From Minisyncoccota bacterium (GTDB lineage: Bacteria > Patescibacteriota > Minisyncoccia > Phycocordibacterales > UBA1006), in the NCBI GenBank assembly GCA_028697455.1, contig JAQVEZ010000003.1, forward strand, positions 42,972 to 106,971: 64,000 nt of DNA. The letters are read 5' to 3'. The notes beneath the pieces were generated by a model. That model did not search any database. It was given only the letters and a program-made list of their open reading frames with translations, and had not been told where the DNA came from. A program made the translations under genes and the position numbers. This document shows positions 10,343 to 17,899 of this stretch, one piece after another; positions within the stretch are counted from its first letter, which is position 1, and every line of letters starts with the position of its first letter.

Positions 10343-10474
10343 ATGTATATTTGGAAGATAGTTTTAGTATATACTCTTTCATTTTTTTGACAAGTTTTTC
10401 ATATATCTGAATTTATTGTCAAAAATACAAAAAAAGCCCTTGAAAAATCCTTAAAAAGGGCTATAGTTAAAACA

Positions 10475-11044
10475 ATGGACAAAAAAGGTAAAAACAGCAT
10501 ACAAGATACCCTTTTGCGGATTCTCTCTGGCAAAAAGGTTCTCCGTCACGAAACTCTTCTCGAACGAATGGAGCCTTTTTTATCCGAAAAAGATAGCTCG
10601 GAGCAAAAATATTCAATCAACCGAACGCTCAAAAAAATGATTGAAGACGACATCGTGGTCAGACACGAAAGCTCACGATCAGCGTTTTTCTCTCTCACCA
10701 AAAGAGGGAAACAAAAAATGAGAACAACCCTCTTCTCATCACAACAACACCTTGTTCCGACAGTATGGGATGGCTACTGGAGAATTGTCATTGTTGATAT
10801 TCCTGATCACAAAAAGAAAGAGCAAGATGCTCTCCGCTATCTTCTCAAAAAAGCGCAGTTTATTCAGATAAAAAATTCTCTATGGATTTCTCCCTACTCC
10901 CTTGAACATATTATGATAGAAATACGAAACGATATGGGACTCCATGATGAGATACTTATCTTTGTGACAAACAAACTCGATACTCACACAGAAAATATCC
11001 TTATCCAAAAATTCGCAGAAAAAGCAGAAAAAAAAGAAGGCTAG
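10475..11044 (+). CDS. winged-HTH transcriptional regulator with a PaaX-C/Cas2-like C-terminal domain. Candidate regulator of the divergent grpE-dnaK-dnaJ operon.
   Basis: The N-terminal region has an HTH-like LLRIL…, and the C-terminal WDGYWRIVIVDIPDHKKKEQDALRYLLKKAQFIQIKNSLWISP resembles the PaaX_C/Cas2-like fold. The gene is transcribed divergently from grpE. Confidence 0.35.
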   Translation: MDKKGKNSIQDTLLRILSGKKVLRHETLLERMEPFLSEKDSSEQKYSINRTLKKMIEDDIVVRHESSRSAFFSLTKRGKQKMRTTLFSSQQHLVPTVWDGYWRIVIVDIPDHKKKEQDALRYLLKKAQFIQIKNSLWISPYSLEHIMIEIRNDMGLHDEILIFVTNKLDTHTENILIQKFAEKAEKKEG

Positions 11045-11066
11045 TCTTCTTTTTTATTTCGGTAAA

Positions 11067-11092
11067 CCAAAAAACACCTCTCGGTGTTTTTG
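11067..11092. terminator. bidirectional intrinsic terminator AAAAAACACCTCTCGGTGTTTTT, a member of a recurrent terminator family
   Basis: Hairpin flanked by A- and T-runs between convergent genes 10475-11044 (+) and 11109-12428 (-). Confidence 0.6.
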
Positions 11093-11108
11093 TATCTTAT
11101 AAACAAAT

Positions 11109-12428
11109 TTAATTCTCTTGTCCCTGCATTGCAGAAAGGAGTTGTTGATAGAGTCCCAAAAGTTCAGTATAGATATTTACCAAAGGATTGTTATTTATAA
11201 ATCCGTTTTGTGGTCTACAGAAAGTCGTTACTCCCGCTGAACAAAATCGGGTTCCGAAAATGCTTGAGGATTTTGAAGAAGTTGATGACTCTTCAGAGTT
11301 TTTAAAAATAAAGATAGATTGATTATAATAACTACCATTTGCATCCCCGAGAATGACAAACTGTCCATCTGCATAAATAATTTGGGAGGCGTTCATATAA
11401 TCACTTGTACCAAGAGTGGGGATAAGGTACTCCCACACTTCCCCTCCAAAGGAATAAGTGAGGACTTCGTTCCATTCACTGTCCTGCATATAACCAACCC
11501 CGATATAAAGACCGTCTCCATAGGTAATTGATCGTGGGGCAAAAGAAGCATCTCCTGAAACCATTTTTGCTATCCAGTCTGTCCCGTTTTTTGAAGTAAA
11601 AATTTGGTGATCACCTCCAATGATAAACTCCCCATTAAGATACTCCATTTGCCCTCTAAGATGACCTTCTAATCCCTCAATAGTATTAAACCCTGTTGTT
11701 TCATCAGGAATAAACCAATGGGCCCCTCCATCTTGAGAGAGAAGAGGTTCAAAAATAATCGGAGACATCATATCTTCCCGAGTCGAAAGAAGCGATATCA
11801 AAAGAACATCTCCATTTTGGTCATATCCTGCAGCAAGGTGCGAGGATACACCAAGAGGATTATCTTCTACCTCTCCTTTACTCCAGTGCACTCCATCATT
11901 TGAATAAATAATATAGGGTTCTTCTGTTCCTATCATCATATTTCTTTCAATCCCAACCGCCACAAATAATCCTCTGTCGTTAGAAGTATCATACACATAA
12001 GAAACCTTACTTAATTCTCCGTAAGTTTTTGTTATTTCTGGTAATGAGGTTTCAGAGGTATTTTGATCATAAGAATTCCAATTCTCCCCATCACTCGAGG
12101 TATAAACAAGAGGAAGATCATTTGAACGTTTTCCAACAGCAACAAACTTACCATCCCCATAACTAACCCATGACAGATTACCTATTATACCTGTACTTTC
12201 CCAGTTAACAGCATCAGAGGAATAAGCTATCTGACCTCCTCCAACGAGGACATACATTTCATCTCCATAAGCAATAGATGAAAAGGATGATGGCCAAGAA
12301 TCATCAGGAAAAATCAAAGATTCACTCCACTCAACAGGTTGAGCAGAAGCTGTGTGTGGATTAATAAAACTTGTAAAACCTACTATAACAAATAATGATA
12401 GTAGTGACATAAAGGTGTATTTTTTCAT
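11109..12428 (-). CDS. Secreted BNR/Asp-box repeat beta-propeller protein with a conserved two-cysteine C-terminal domain (paralog A)
   Basis: Signal peptide MKKYTFMSLLSLFVIVGF…ASA. Five or more S-x-D-G-x-x-W Asp-box motifs (YSSDAVNWES, TSSDGENWNS, YSNDGVHWSKG, LSQDGGAHWF, TSKNGTDWIAK) alternate with YGDGKFVAVG-type strands. The C-terminus SSIFGTRFCSAGVTTFCRPQNGFINNNPLVNIYTELLGLYQQLLSAMQGQEN is shared with the ORFs at 37368 and 56623. Confidence 0.7.
   Translation of the reverse strand: MKKYTFMSLLSLFVIVGFTSFINPHTASAQPVEWSESLIFPDDSWPSSFSSIAYGDEMYVLVGGGQIAYSSDAVNWESTGIIGNLSWVSYGDGKFVAVGKRSNDLPLVYTSSDGENWNSYDQNTSETSLPEITKTYGELSKVSYVYDTSNDRGLFVAVGIERNMMIGTEEPYIIYSNDGVHWSKGEVEDNPLGVSSHLAAGYDQNGDVLLISLLSTREDMMSPIIFEPLLSQDGGAHWFIPDETTGFNTIEGLEGHLRGQMEYLNGEFIIGGDHQIFTSKNGTDWIAKMVSGDASFAPRSITYGDGLYIGVGYMQDSEWNEVLTYSFGGEVWEYLIPTLGTSDYMNASQIIYADGQFVILGDANGSYYNQSIFIFKNSEESSTSSKSSSIFGTRFCSAGVTTFCRPQNGFINNNPLVNIYTELLGLYQQLLSAMQGQEN
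11122..11275. repeat. Copy 1 of a ~150-bp conserved 3'-end cassette (encodes the shared C-terminal domain) of the BNR paralogs
   Basis: CTGCATTGCAGAAAGGAGTTGTTGATAGAGTCCCAA…GTTCAGTATAGATA… is ~85-90% identical to 37386-37540 and 56637-56790, while the remainder of the genes has diverged. Confidence 0.7.
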
Positions 12429-12488
12429 ACTCTTCTAGTATACCAACCTTAGCTTTGAATGCAAAACAAAAAACACCTCTCGGTGTCT

Positions 12489-12890
12489 TTATCGTTTTGA
12501 CCACGCTGGTCGCTTTCGTGCCTTGCGGAGTCCTGGTTTCTTTCGCTCTTTACTTCGAGGATCTCGCTTGAGATATCCTGCTGATTTGAGGCTTGGGCGA
12601 AGCTCTTCGTTATATTTGGTAAGTGCTCGTGCAATACCATGGCGAATAGCATCTGCTTGTGCAGCGATTCCTCCTCCACGAACAATAATGCTTACCATAA
12701 AGTCATCTTTGGTCTCGACAGCGGTGAATGATGCTCGCACTACTTTTTGATGCTCTTCGATAGGAAAATACTCTTCAAGAGTTTTCTCGTTGATGATGTA
12801 GGTCATCTTGCTATCAGGAGTAATACGGACCTGGGCAATTGCATTTTTTCTTCTTCCTATTGCAGGAATATATTGTGTTGATTTAGCCAT
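12489..12890 (-). CDS. rpsI: 30S ribosomal protein S9
   Basis: Conserved C-terminal …GYLKRDPRSKERKKPGLRKARKRPAWSKR. Confidence 0.95.
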   Translation of the reverse strand: MAKSTQYIPAIGRRKNAIAQVRITPDSKMTYIINEKTLEEYFPIEEHQKVVRASFTAVETKDDFMVSIIVRGGGIAAQADAIRHGIARALTKYNEELRPSLKSAGYLKRDPRSKERKKPGLRKARKRPAWSKR

Positions 12891-12891
12891 A

Positions 12892-13254
12892 TTATTCTTT
12901 GATCGTGATGTTCTTCATCATAACTGCTCGTAATTTGTTATTAGGAAGCATTCCATAGATTGCTCTTTCAAAAATCTCCTTATATCCCAATCGTTCAATA
13001 AGTTTTTCTCGTGATTCAAATTTCAAACCTCCTGGATATCCAGAATATCGTTTGTATTCTTTTTCGAGTTGAGAATCATTGAGGAGTACCTTTGAGGCAT
13101 TCTCAATAACGACGTGAACCTCAGGTGCTTTATAAGGAACAAAACTTGGGTTGTTCTTTCCTCGTAAAATCATAGCAATTTCAGTTGCAAGTCTCCCGAG
13201 TTTTTTTCCTTCTGCGTCAATGATATATTCACTTTTTGTTTGATCTGTTGTCAT
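12892..13254 (-). CDS. rplM: 50S ribosomal protein L13
   Basis: MTTDQTKSEYIIDAEGKKLGRLATEIAMILRGK. The internal start was chosen because the longer ORF would overlap rplQ. Confidence 0.9.
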   Translation of the reverse strand: MTTDQTKSEYIIDAEGKKLGRLATEIAMILRGKNNPSFVPYKAPEVHVVIENASKVLLNDSQLEKEYKRYSGYPGGLKFESREKLIERLGYKEIFERAIYGMLPNNKLRAVMMKNITIKE

Positions 13255-13270
13255 ATCAAAATTTAAAAGG

Positions 13271-13624
13271 TTATACAAACTCAATAAGTGCCATAGGGCT
13301 CGCATCTCCCTTTCGATGAGGGAGCTTTACAATACGAAGATATCCTCCTTCCCGATTTTCATATCGTGGTGCAAGAGTGTCAACAAGCTTATTTGCAAGG
13401 TCTTCTTGGTTTCCAAGTCGTGCTCGAATAGTACGCCGAGAAGCAAGATCATTCTTTTTTGCTTGAGTAAGCAATTTTTCCGCAAAAGGACGTAGTTCTT
13501 TTGCACGCGCTTCTGTTGTGATAATATGCTCATGCGTAATTAAAGCAACAGCAAGCGAACGAATAAATCCTGTTCGCACCTTTCTGGTTCTTCCGAATTT
13601 TCTGTTTTTTCTTCCGTGTCTCAT
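13271..13624 (-). CDS. rplQ: 50S ribosomal protein L17
   Basis: MRHGRKNRKFGRTRKVRTG…. Confidence 0.92.
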   Translation of the reverse strand: MRHGRKNRKFGRTRKVRTGFIRSLAVALITHEHIITTEARAKELRPFAEKLLTQAKKNDLASRRTIRARLGNQEDLANKLVDTLAPRYENREGGYLRIVKLPHRKGDASPMALIEFV

Positions 13625-13632
13625 ATGTGTTT

Positions 13633-14652
13633 CTATTTATCTTCTTTCAGCTTTAATTTAAAGGTAGAAAGGGTCTCTTCAACTTCTTCAAGGCTCTTTT
13701 GTCCAAAACCTGGAAGATCGAGAAGATCTTCAGCGCTCTTTTGAACAAGCCCTCCGAGTGTTCGAATACTTGCTTCACCAAGCGCTCGTTCAGTCCTTGA
13801 GGAGAAATCGAGAGTATCAATTCTTGTTTTGAGAAGTTCTACACGTTCTTCTGGATCAAAATTCTCAACTTCAGCGTCTCCTTCTGCATCTTCCTCATGG
13901 TTCGCATGAACACGAACGATGTTTTCCTCTGGCTTCTCTACTGGGTCAAGTTCTTCTTCGGTTTTCATGTCAAGAATGCTCTTGATTTGCTTAATAATTA
14001 TCTTAAGAGAATCCTCAAGGGCTTCTTTTGCGCTAATACTTCCATCTGTTTCTAGATTAATTCGAAGGAGATTGTAGTCGGTTCTATCTCCAACACGCAT
14101 ATGCTCCACTTCATAATTTACTTTGCGAATTGGGCTAAAAATAGCATCGACGAGAATTGTTCCAACGGGAGGTTTTTCCATAAGAAAGTCTTCTTTTGAA
14201 ACAAAACCGATTCCTTTTGCGAGAGTTATTTCAATGTCAAGATCTGTTTTTTTATCGGTTATCTCTGCAATATATTGATCAGGAGTGGTAACCTCAACAC
14301 CTCCTACCTTATCAAAAAGAGAAGCAGTTACAATCCCAGGCCCCTTAACAGAAAGCTTAAGGTTTGTTTCGGTTTCAGAAGCCATTGAAAATCGAACTTT
14401 TTTCAGGTTGAGGATAATGGTAAGAACATCTTCTTTGATTCCATCAAGTGTGGCAAATTCATGATCCGCTCCTTTGATACGAAGAGAAGTTATAGATACC
14501 CCAGGAAGTGACGAGAGAATAATTCGTCTCAAGGCATTTCCGAGAGTATGTCCATATCCTGGATACAACCCCTCTATTTCATAAATTCCTCTTGTAGGAG
14601 TTTCTTCAATCACATTAAGTTTTTTTGGTAAAACAATATTTTGGTGGAACAT
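13633..14652 (-). CDS. rpoA: DNA-directed RNA polymerase alpha subunit
   Basis: GYGHTLGNALRRIILSSLPG and operon position between rpsD and rplQ. Confidence 0.93.
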   Translation of the reverse strand: MFHQNIVLPKKLNVIEETPTRGIYEIEGLYPGYGHTLGNALRRIILSSLPGVSITSLRIKGADHEFATLDGIKEDVLTIILNLKKVRFSMASETETNLKLSVKGPGIVTASLFDKVGGVEVTTPDQYIAEITDKKTDLDIEITLAKGIGFVSKEDFLMEKPPVGTILVDAIFSPIRKVNYEVEHMRVGDRTDYNLLRINLETDGSISAKEALEDSLKIIIKQIKSILDMKTEEELDPVEKPEENIVRVHANHEEDAEGDAEVENFDPEERVELLKTRIDTLDFSSRTERALGEASIRTLGGLVQKSAEDLLDLPGFGQKSLEEVEETLSTFKLKLKEDK

Positions 14653-14713
14653 ATATTATTAGTATTAATTCAAAATAATAAAAAGTTGGGACTCCTTTGT
14701 AACCTCTTAATAA

Positions 14714-15313
14714 CTAGCGACTATAGAACTCAATAACTGCTTGAAAATTAAAGAATGGTTCTGGATTTTTTGGTTCCCCCGTTACAGAAATTGATACTTT
14801 CTTTGCATCAACATCAATCCAAGCTGGTTTTTTAACTGACTCAAGTCTTTGTGATAAATCAAGAAAGACAGTCTTGTTTTTACTTCCCTCTCGAACAGTG
14901 ATAACATCTCCTTTTTTAAGAAGATGAGATGGAACATCTATTTTCTTTCCATTGAGGGTAATATGCCCGTGAGAAACAAGTTGTCGTGCAAAAGCTCGTG
15001 TGTTTGCAAAACCTGCTCTAAAAACAACGTTATCAAGACGGGATTCAATCTGTCTAAAAAGTTCGTCCGCTGGGTTTGCTGTTGTCATAGCCTTCGCAAC
15101 ATAACGACGAAACTGTTTTTCAGAAACTCCGTAGGCAAAACGAACTTGCTGTTTTTGAATAAGAGATACTCCATAATCAGTAGGACGTTTTGGTCGAGCA
15201 TTTCGAGCTTTTGACCGTTTTTGCTCAGAAAGAAGAAACTTTTGTGTTTGAGTTTTTTCATAAACCCCAGCACCCAATCTCCGTGCAATCTTATATTTTT
15301 TTATCTTTGCCAT
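14714..15313 (-). CDS. rpsD: 30S ribosomal protein S4
   Basis: MAKIKKYKIARRLGAG…S4 domain. Confidence 0.93.
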   Translation of the reverse strand: MAKIKKYKIARRLGAGVYEKTQTQKFLLSEQKRSKARNARPKRPTDYGVSLIQKQQVRFAYGVSEKQFRRYVAKAMTTANPADELFRQIESRLDNVVFRAGFANTRAFARQLVSHGHITLNGKKIDVPSHLLKKGDVITVREGSKNKTVFLDLSQRLESVKKPAWIDVDAKKVSISVTGEPKNPEPFFNFQAVIEFYSR

Positions 15314-15334
15314 AAATAATGATAGTTATAAAGA

Positions 15335-15769
15335 TTATACCCGTCGTGCCTTTGGGGCTCGTGGGCCATTAAATGGGATAGGAGTTTTATCTTGGATCCG
15401 AGTAATCTCAATCCCTTGTGAGACAAAACCTCTTACAACAGATTCTCGACCAGAACCAACACCTTTAATAACAACATCAACTTCTTTAACACCCATAAGT
15501 CCAGCCTTTTCTCCCAAGATTTCTCCTACTTTTGCTGCTGCAAAAGGGGTTCCTTTTTTAGCTCCCTTGAAACCAAGAGCTCCTGAAGAAGAGAACATGA
15601 GAGCATTTCCATCAAGGTCGGTAACCGTTGCTTTTGTGTTGTTGTATGTTGATTGAATGTGCAAAATAGCTTTTGCAACTTTCTTTTTAGGGATACGTGA
15701 TAATGCCCTTGATTTTAAATTCTTATCAAGAGTCTTCCCTTTTTGTTTAACAATTCTTTTCTTTCCCAT
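15335..15769 (-). CDS. rpsK: 30S ribosomal protein S11
   Basis: …IPFNGPRAPKARRV C-terminus. Confidence 0.93.
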   Translation of the reverse strand: MGKKRIVKQKGKTLDKNLKSRALSRIPKKKVAKAILHIQSTYNNTKATVTDLDGNALMFSSSGALGFKGAKKGTPFAAAKVGEILGEKAGLMGVKEVDVVIKGVGSGRESVVRGFVSQGIEITRIQDKTPIPFNGPRAPKARRV

Positions 15770-15774
15770 ATAAA

Positions 15775-16140
15775 TTATTTCTTACCTGAACCCATAGTAA
15801 CTCGTTTGTTTCCTCGTCGTGTTCGGCTGTTGGTTTTTGTTCTTTGCCCACGAGCGGGAAGATGGCGACTGTGTCTTCCTCCTCGATAAGAGTCAATGTC
15901 CATAAGTCTTTTAATATTTTGACTTACTGAACGTTTAAGATCCCCTTCAAGAGTAAGTGCTTCCACAACATCTCGAAGCTTTTTTTCTTCACTCTCTGAA
16001 AGATCTTTTGTTTTTTTAACAGGATCAACCCCTGCTTCTTTACAAAGAGCTTGGGCTCGAGAAAGACCAATCCCATGTAAAACAGTCATAGAATATTGTA
16101 TTTGTTTTCCGTCAGGAAGTGTTATTCCAAAAATTCTCAT
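15775..16140 (-). CDS. rpsM: 30S ribosomal protein S13
   Basis: MRIFGITLPDGKQIQYSMTVLHGIGLSRAQ…. Confidence 0.93.
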   Translation of the reverse strand: MRIFGITLPDGKQIQYSMTVLHGIGLSRAQALCKEAGVDPVKKTKDLSESEEKKLRDVVEALTLEGDLKRSVSQNIKRLMDIDSYRGGRHSRHLPARGQRTKTNSRTRRGNKRVTMGSGKK

Positions 16141-16178
16141 AATATCTTTATATTTTTAACATCCACAAAAACACCGAA

Positions 16179-16292
16179 CTATTGTCGAGCTTTATTTTTA
16201 GGATTCTTCTTATTAATTAAATAGAGACGACCTTTTCTGCGTACGATTTTATCATCAGTACTTCTTTTTTTGATTGAGGATTTAACTTTCAT
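16179..16292 (-). CDS. rpmJ: 50S ribosomal protein L36 (37 aa; absent from the ORF track because it is below the 60-aa cut-off)
   Basis: Manual reverse-strand translation gives [37 protein letters not shown], which matches the bL36 pattern MKV.aS.K.…rRrGr.y.I…p…kqrQ. It sits between infA and rpsM as expected. Confidence 0.8.
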   Translation of the reverse strand: MKVKSSIKKRSTDDKIVRRKGRLYLINKKNPKNKARQ

Positions 16293-16340
16293 AAAATAAA
16301 TACGTAAAATATCAATAATGCCAAATAAAAAAACCGGTAA

Positions 16341-16553
16341 CTAGAGTCTTCTGATGATACGACCTTTCCCTCCATAAGGGTCAAGGAGTACTTCGACCTT
16401 GTCTCCGACAAGGATTCTAATCCGGTATAATTTCATTTTTCCAGAAAGATATGCTGTATGTAAAGCTTCTTCTCCTTCAAACTGAACTCGGAACATCGTA
16501 TTAGGAAGATTTTCCACGACTACCCCAGTTTTAACTTGTTCTTGGTTACTCAT
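16341..16553 (-). CDS. infA: Translation initiation factor IF-1
   Basis: …[61 protein letters not shown]. The start was taken at MSNQEQ. Confidence 0.9.
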   Translation of the reverse strand: MSNQEQVKTGVVVENLPNTMFRVQFEGEEALHTAYLSGKMKLYRIRILVGDKVEVLLDPYGGKGRIIRRL

Positions 16554-16594
16554 TACGATACGAAACATACTAACAAAAAACGGAAAATAGTCAA

Positions 16595-17899
16595 CTATTC
16601 TTGGTGGTTTTTGACTTCGAGCCTTATCTTATCTCTGTCGGTAGGGATTTTTTTTCTCCAGAAAGGGCGGATTTTAATCGTGAATGCTCCTACCCTCTCG
16701 TTTTCAACGAGAATTTTATACAGTTCATCAATCTTTTTCCCTTGTGAAATTTCGGTAAAAAGATCTTCCTCAATAAAACGCTGTACCTTGGGTTCAGTAG
16801 AGACTTTTATAGAATAAGAAGCCTTATAATCGCCCATATGAATAGGCTCTGAAGAATTTGCAAGCGAAAGTGTCGGTTGCGTAACAAAATAAATCTTAAT
16901 ATTGTCTTTTTCTGGGTAATCAAATTTATTTTTAATAAGGTACTCTTTGAGATTATTTTCACCAACAGCAAGTCCTGAAATCCTCCCTGACAATGAGAGG
17001 AGTGCCTGTCCTTCTTCTTGAGAAAAGCGAATACTTGGTTCTTCTGTTTCAAGCAAAAAACTCTTATCAACAAGATAAACTTTTTCGGTCTTTTCTTTCA
17101 GCAAACTACTTTTTAAATACTCTCCAAGTTCTCTATAAAGATCCTCTGTAAGGAGTTCTTTTTTCTCTTCGCTCAGATAAGGCTCTTGTTGAATTCTTCC
17201 TCCTTCCATTCGCTTTGAAGAAATCCCATAAATGTTTTTATATTTTTCATCAATACCAAGCTCTCGGAAAAAAGGAATGGAAAAATCAGTACTATCAATA
17301 TTGTACTCTTCTCCCCCTCGTTCAGCCTGAACAAGAACTTCAATTCTCCCTGATTCACCCCCTTTCTTCCCTGGAAGAATAACATCTTCTTTTGTCAAAA
17401 AAATTTTTCCACCTGTAGATTCAAGTCGTGTCCCCTCAATAAGTTTCTGAGGTTCTTCGCTATAATCATTAAAAAGAGTAATTGAACCTTCCGCTCGATA
17501 CTCAACCTCGCGGCTCTCAGAGACAGCAACCTCTTTACTCACCTCACCCGAAAGTGAAATGTAGTCAAAAGGGAGTCTGTCGACTTTATTATGAGGAGCG
17601 GCCCTCGCCGGAACAACTTCATCAAAAACAAAAAGATCATTTTGCGGAAAAAGAATAATCTTTGCAGAATAATCATACAAGTGGAGAGCAATAAATAAAA
17701 AAATAAAAACAAAAACTACTCGTAAAACAAAACCACGGAAAGAACTTCTTTTCCTCTTGGTTTTCTTTTCTGTCTGTAAAAACGAAATTTCTGTATGAGG
17801 AGGTACTGAAAAAGAATCCTTTTGGGATGGGAGAATGATCTCTTCAATCTCTTTCTTTTTTCGGACACCATCAATTTTTTTCTTAGGAGAAGGTGTCAT
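16595..17899 (-). CDS. single-pass membrane protein, hypothetical. Possible PilN/PilO-like partner of the upstream actin-like ATPase.
   Basis: Basic N-terminus, then one transmembrane segment [19 protein letters not shown], then a ~350-aa extracytoplasmic domain. The start overlaps the upstream gene by 17 nt. Confidence 0.4.
   Translation of the reverse strand: MTPSPKKKIDGVRKKKEIEEIILPSQKDSFSVPPHTEISFLQTEKKTKRKRSSFRGFVLRVVFVFIFLFIALHLYDYSAKIILFPQNDLFVFDEVVPARAAPHNKVDRLPFDYISLSGEVSKEVAVSESREVEYRAEGSITLFNDYSEEPQKLIEGTRLESTGGKIFLTKEDVILPGKKGGESGRIEVLVQAERGGEEYNIDSTDFSIPFFRELGIDEKYKNIYGISSKRMEGGRIQQEPYLSEEKKELLTEDLYRELGEYLKSSLLKEKTEKVYLVDKSFLLETEEPSIRFSQEEGQALLSLSGRISGLAVGENNLKEYLIKNKFDYPEKDNIKIYFVTQPTLSLANSSEPIHMGDYKASYSIKVSTEPKVQRFIEEDLFTEISQGKKIDELYKILVENERVGAFTIKIRPFWRKKIPTDRDKIRLEVKNHQE

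Noticed and set aside
10343-10474. Expected CIRCE (HrcA) operator upstream of grpE
   Set aside because: I searched by eye for TTAGCACTC-N9-GAGTGCTAA and found no copy. Only the TTGACAA/TTGTCAA mirror hexamers are present, and these are more simply explained as divergent -35 elements.
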